Below are positions 60,936-64,000 of a stretch of DNA of 64,000 nt, piece after piece; the stretch's first letter is position 1, and the number at the start of each line of letters is the position of its first letter. This stretch comes from Escherichia phage vB-Eco-KMB38. A program made the position numbers and the translations under genes. The notes under the pieces were generated by a model. The model was not told the DNA's origin. It saw nothing but the letters and a program-made list of their open reading frames with translations, and ran no database searches. The stretch lies in the sequence record OR525701.1; one strand, 5' to 3'.

Positions 60936-61382
60936 TTAGTAACTCTGCAGAATGAATTTGAAATTATCTGCCAGAAGACGGTTCATTTCAGTGAGTGTTT
61001 GATATTCTGATGTATGATTGCGAGTGAATGCCAGAGCCAATTGTCCTTTACCATAACCAGTAGTCAGTGGTTTCATGTTCTTAGCTGCAACAAAGATTAC
61101 GTCATATTCAATATTGTTAGTGCCCATGGTACGGGCTAGTTGCGAACGGCCTTGACGAATGTGAGAAAGAATTGCATCCAACCCTTGTTTAGAACGTTGA
61201 CGTCCTACAAAAAATCGTGCTGCTACTTGTCGCCAATCAGATGAACCTTTAACAAAGAAGTAAAAACCTTCACGAGAACGAAACTCTTTAGAAACTTCGG
61301 AACCGTATTCGCCATTACGAACTACTGCAACAACTTCACCGCCAACTGCCAGAAGGTCTTTACGAGTTAAATATTTAGACAT
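60936..61382 (-). CDS. ndd: nucleoid disruption protein Ndd
   Basis: 148 aa; ...[29 protein letters not shown]...[40 protein letters not shown] as T4 Ndd. Confidence 0.85.
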   Translation of the reverse strand: MSKYLTRKDLLAVGGEVVAVVRNGEYGSEVSKEFRSREGFYFFVKGSSDWRQVAARFFVGRQRSKQGLDAILSHIRQGRSQLARTMGTNNIEYDVIFVAAKNMKPLTTGYGKGQLALAFTRNHTSEYQTLTEMNRLLADNFKFILQSY

Positions 61383-61420
61383 GCTAATTTCCTCAATTGA
61401 TTAATGTTTTTGTAATCCGT

Positions 61421-61456
61421 GAGAGCATTATACTCTGCTCTCAAGAGTTTGTACAA
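61421..61456 (-). promoter_or_regulatory. early promoter with stem-loop (PeSL-like), family A, upstream of ndd
   Basis: 7-bp inverted repeat GAGAGCA/TGCTCTC around loop TTATACTC (-10 TATAAT on - strand). Confidence 0.55.
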
Positions 61457-61458
61457 TT

Positions 61459-61659
61459 TTATTCGGCCATATCAGAACGTTCAAAAAGCTCTTCAACAGT
61501 TAAACATTCGGTATCATCCTCAATAAAGAATCGGGACCAACACGTTGGGGTGATGCAGTTATGAGTTTGTCCGGCTATAGAAGCTACACGAATAAGCTGC
61601 TGGCCATTATTCAGGACAAATTTTTCACCAATTTCAACATCTTTAAAAAGCTTAGCCAT
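61459..61659 (-). CDS. hypothetical protein 66 aa
   Basis: ATG with GAGGAACA RBS and early promoter upstream. Confidence 0.5.
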   Translation of the reverse strand: MAKLFKDVEIGEKFVLNNGQQLIRVASIAGQTHNCITPTCWSRFFIEDDTECLTVEELFERSDMAE

Positions 61660-61687
61660 TTTGTGTTCCTCGTGTTTTGATAAGACT

Positions 61688-61717
61688 ACTATACCATAAT
61701 CCTACTGTGTTGTAAAC
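61688..61717 (-). promoter_or_regulatory. early promoter GTTTAC ... TATAGT
   Basis: rc GTTTACaacacagtaggattatggTATAGT then AGTCTTATCAAAAC leader. Confidence 0.5.
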
Positions 61718-61909
61718 AATTAAATTACATTAAAATATGTTAAAGCCAACCATGTTCCAGTGAACGAACATGCGATGTAAAAACCAGTATCACAAATTGT
61801 TCTTAGTACAATAAGAAGTGCATTTTTCATAAGTACCTCAATGCAATTGAAAATATTATACAAATCATAGGGATACTAAGCAACCATATTCCGATCCACA
61901 TTTTAGAGC

Positions 61910-62173
61910 TCATATCTCAACTTCCGCGAGTTCCATATATCCTTTGTTGATAACATCTTTAAGGTCTTTAGAAAGAATGACATTAAAATGGTCGTTCATA
62001 TGTCCATTAACCAGACGAGTTATTTCGGCTTCAGATGACATATAAGGCATGTCTGAGTCCCAATGAGATAGTCCCAAATGGGTATAAACCATCCCTTCGT
62101 CATCTGCAGTGTTGTACATCGAAACAAATTCGCCTGTTACTTTATGTTTTGCGTAGAAAAATTTAAATTTCAT
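61910..62173 (-). CDS. hypothetical protein 87 aa
   Basis: ATG with AGAGGA RBS and PeSL-like promoter upstream. Confidence 0.5.
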   Translation of the reverse strand: MKFKFFYAKHKVTGEFVSMYNTADDEGMVYTHLGLSHWDSDMPYMSSEAEITRLVNGHMNDHFNVILSKDLKDVINKGYMELAEVEI

Positions 62174-62192
62174 GATGTTATCCTCTTTTAGA

Positions 62193-62229
62193 TAGGACTA
62201 CTATAACATAGTCCTACTTAGTTGTAAAC
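62193..62229 (-). promoter_or_regulatory. early promoter with stem-loop (PeSL-like), family B
   Basis: 8-bp inverted repeat TAGGACTA/TAGTCCTA around loop CTATAACA; -35 GTTTAC. Confidence 0.5.
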
Positions 62230-62241
62230 ACTTTTATGAAA

Positions 62242-62799
62242 TTAAAGATGAAGATACCACCCGTTGTAGTTGCTCTTGCGGACGATTTTCTTTAGGTCTT
62301 CATGGTCTCCCACGAACTTTATAGAATAAGAGAAGACGTCAGGTGAGGTTTCTTTGACATCTAATATAATAATGCAATCTGCGACTCGATGGTTCAAGAA
62401 GGGCCCTATATTGATTCCATTACCACCCGGATAATCACCACTGTATCCTGTGGTAACCGAAATCCATTTAGAATCTACCTGGTGCGTCTTGACTTCGACA
62501 CGCAACCCGCAGTATTTAGGATGAGCTAACACGTCCCATGCATACGTGTACGGGTCTTCTACGTCTTCAATACCTTTATTAACATATCCATCTAGCCAAT
62601 TTGCTACCACATACTCTGCAAAGACTGCAACCTTACAACGACGAACTACATCTTCTTTGTTTTGGTCAGGATTTTGGCTCAGGGAATACCGAGCAGTGTC
62701 AGCAATCTTCACCTTCATTTCACTAGTCAAAAACTCATTCGACAGGATAAATGTCGGAAGATTCTTCAGTCTCAACAGTCCCAAGTTCGTCTTTACCAT
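62242..62799 (-). CDS. denB: endonuclease IV
   Basis: 185 aa from ATG 62799 (AGAGG RBS), the T4 DenB length; motif VANWLDG...DPYT.AWDVLAHPKYCGLRVEVKT...GINIGPFLNHRVAD; track ORF opens at 62862. Confidence 0.75.
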   Translation of the reverse strand: MVKTNLGLLRLKNLPTFILSNEFLTSEMKVKIADTARYSLSQNPDQNKEDVVRRCKVAVFAEYVVANWLDGYVNKGIEDVEDPYTYAWDVLAHPKYCGLRVEVKTHQVDSKWISVTTGYSGDYPGGNGINIGPFLNHRVADCIIILDVKETSPDVFSYSIKFVGDHEDLKKIVRKSNYNGWYLHL

Positions 62800-63022
62800 A
62801 GATACCTCTGATGTGTAGTTCGCCAAAATAAATGCGGTCTCCTTCTTCAAGATAGTTAGCATCTACCGGTGGGATTTCAATAACAACTTCGTCGCATTCT
62901 AACCAGCCGTAGTGTGCATCACCAGGATGTTTTACCAATTTAGCACAATAAACTGATTTACACTTATGATGACCGCGAAGATTAGCAATTTTGGATTCTG
63001 ATACGTCAAATGGATGAATCAT
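62735..63022 (-). CDS. hypothetical protein (denB.1-like), 95 aa from ATG 63022
   Basis: Track start 63061 is a TTG; ATG 63022 follows AGGGGT RBS; overlaps the denB start region. Confidence 0.45.
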   Translation of the reverse strand: MIHPFDVSESKIANLRGHHKCKSVYCAKLVKHPGDAHYGWLECDEVVIEIPPVDANYLEEGDRIYFGELHIRGIYGKDELGTVETEESSDIYPVE

Positions 63023-63043
63023 AATTACCCCTAAAGAAAAAAA

Positions 63044-63059
63044 GGGGACCGAAGTCCCC
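63044..63059 (-). terminator. terminator after rIIB
   Basis: GGGGAC-CGAA-GTCCCC; rc followed by UUUUUUU. Confidence 0.7.
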
Positions 63060-63064
63060 AATTA

Positions 63065-63991
63065 TTATTCTGCAAATAATTCAGTAACGTCTGAAATTAC
63101 TTCATAACGACAAGTACGCATCTTAGCATCGCCATAGTCAACTGGGATGGACACAACATCACGCGGATGAACTTTAACCTTAACAACTTTATCTGAGCTA
63201 GAACCAAAGTAACGAATATATGATTTAGCACAAACATGTAGACCACGGGAACAAGTTTGTGTATCATCATCGTTAACACGAGTACGAGGCATTGAAACAA
63301 CTTTACCAGGCGAGTTATCAAATGTGCCACTATAGCAATCTAAATAGTCTTTACGAACTACTTTCCACGCATAGAAATGCCCATCTTTAGTGATTTCAAT
63401 ATCGTTTGCAACCAAGAAGTCGAATAAACGTTGTACAGCTTTTTCGCTTGGGTTTTCTAACAGGTTTTCAAGGAACGGCAGGTAGAATTTAAAGTCTTCG
63501 CCTTTTTCCATGGAATCAATAATACGATTAACCAGCCCTGAACGAATCTCTATACCTTGATAAAATAAACTACCACCTTCAATAGTAACATTACCGTCAA
63601 CAAACTTACTAATAGCTTTCTTGATGTTAATAAGTTCGACAGCTTTACTAAGGTTTCCTGCGACCAAATTAGCTTTAATTTCTTCAAAATTTGCATGACT
63701 TGATGGGGTCGCATTGTATGCTACGCGTCCTTCAATGATTGAAATAAATTTAGATGACGCATTCCATACGATTTCAGGACGATGGCCGCTGATAATAGGT
63801 TCATCATTTTCTGGAACTTCTTCAACTTTCGAAGTCTCATCTTCGGCTTTAAAATTCTTAACAATCTTACGAAGAGTATCTGTTGAAATGTCGAAGTAAT
63901 CAGCAATTTCCCGACGGGTCCATTGACCTGATTCAACCAGTCTGTAAGCTTCTAACTGTTCTTCTTTGGACAAGCATTTGATATTGTACAT
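63065..63991 (-). CDS. rIIB: rIIB membrane-associated rapid-lysis protein
   Basis: 308 aa (T4 rIIB 312 aa); MYNIKCL... and conserved C-terminal block FDFLVANDIEIT...YAWKVVR...MPRT.VNDDDTQTCSRGLHVC.KSYIR.FGSS.D.VVKVKVHPRDVVSIP. Confidence 0.92.
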   Translation of the reverse strand: MYNIKCLSKEEQLEAYRLVESGQWTRREIADYFDISTDTLRKIVKNFKAEDETSKVEEVPENDEPIISGHRPEIVWNASSKFISIIEGRVAYNATPSSHANFEEIKANLVAGNLSKAVELINIKKAISKFVDGNVTIEGGSLFYQGIEIRSGLVNRIIDSMEKGEDFKFYLPFLENLLENPSEKAVQRLFDFLVANDIEITKDGHFYAWKVVRKDYLDCYSGTFDNSPGKVVSMPRTRVNDDDTQTCSRGLHVCAKSYIRYFGSSSDKVVKVKVHPRDVVSIPVDYGDAKMRTCRYEVISDVTELFAE

Positions 63992-64000
63992 AATGTTTCC

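Overview
This window is a nearly colinear segment of a T4-like (Tevenvirinae) myovirus genome, running in T4 map order from the end of gene 68 through genes 21-22-23-24, rnlB, hoc, inh, uvsW, uvsY, the baseplate hub block 25-26-51-27-28-29-48-54, alt, DNA ligase 30, rIII, 31, cd, pseT, spanins, alc, rnlA, denA, nrdB, nrdA, td, frd, 32, 59, 33, dsbA, rnh, tail fibre genes 34-35-36-37-38, holin t, asiA, motA, 52, ndd, denB to rIIB. Late structural genes are on the + strand behind TATAAATA late promoters; early and middle genes are on the - strand behind GTTTAC-N17/18-TAYTAT promoters, many carrying inverted repeats (PeSL-like cassettes), and ending in GGGAGAC-CGAA-GTCTCCC type hairpins. The td and nrdB genes are uninterrupted, and gp38 is the glycine-rich T2/T6-type adhesin. 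Everything was called by eye from motifs and synteny; no database search was run, and coordinates of promoters and hairpins may be off by 1-2 nt. The most notable items are (1) a class I DAHP synthase gene (shikimate pathway entry enzyme) translationally coupled to cd, (2) a perfect 55-bp tandem duplication that frameshifts the long tail fibre gene 37, (3) promoter/stem-loop cassettes with compensatory base changes and a duplicated motA leader, (4) a NADAR/YbiA-like plus HAD-like pair next to alt and ligase, and (5) several lineage-specific small ORFs and a 360-bp ORF-free gap. No single clearly novel multi-gene system stands out; the DAHP synthase and the hyperplastic-region ORFs are the best candidates for new biology.
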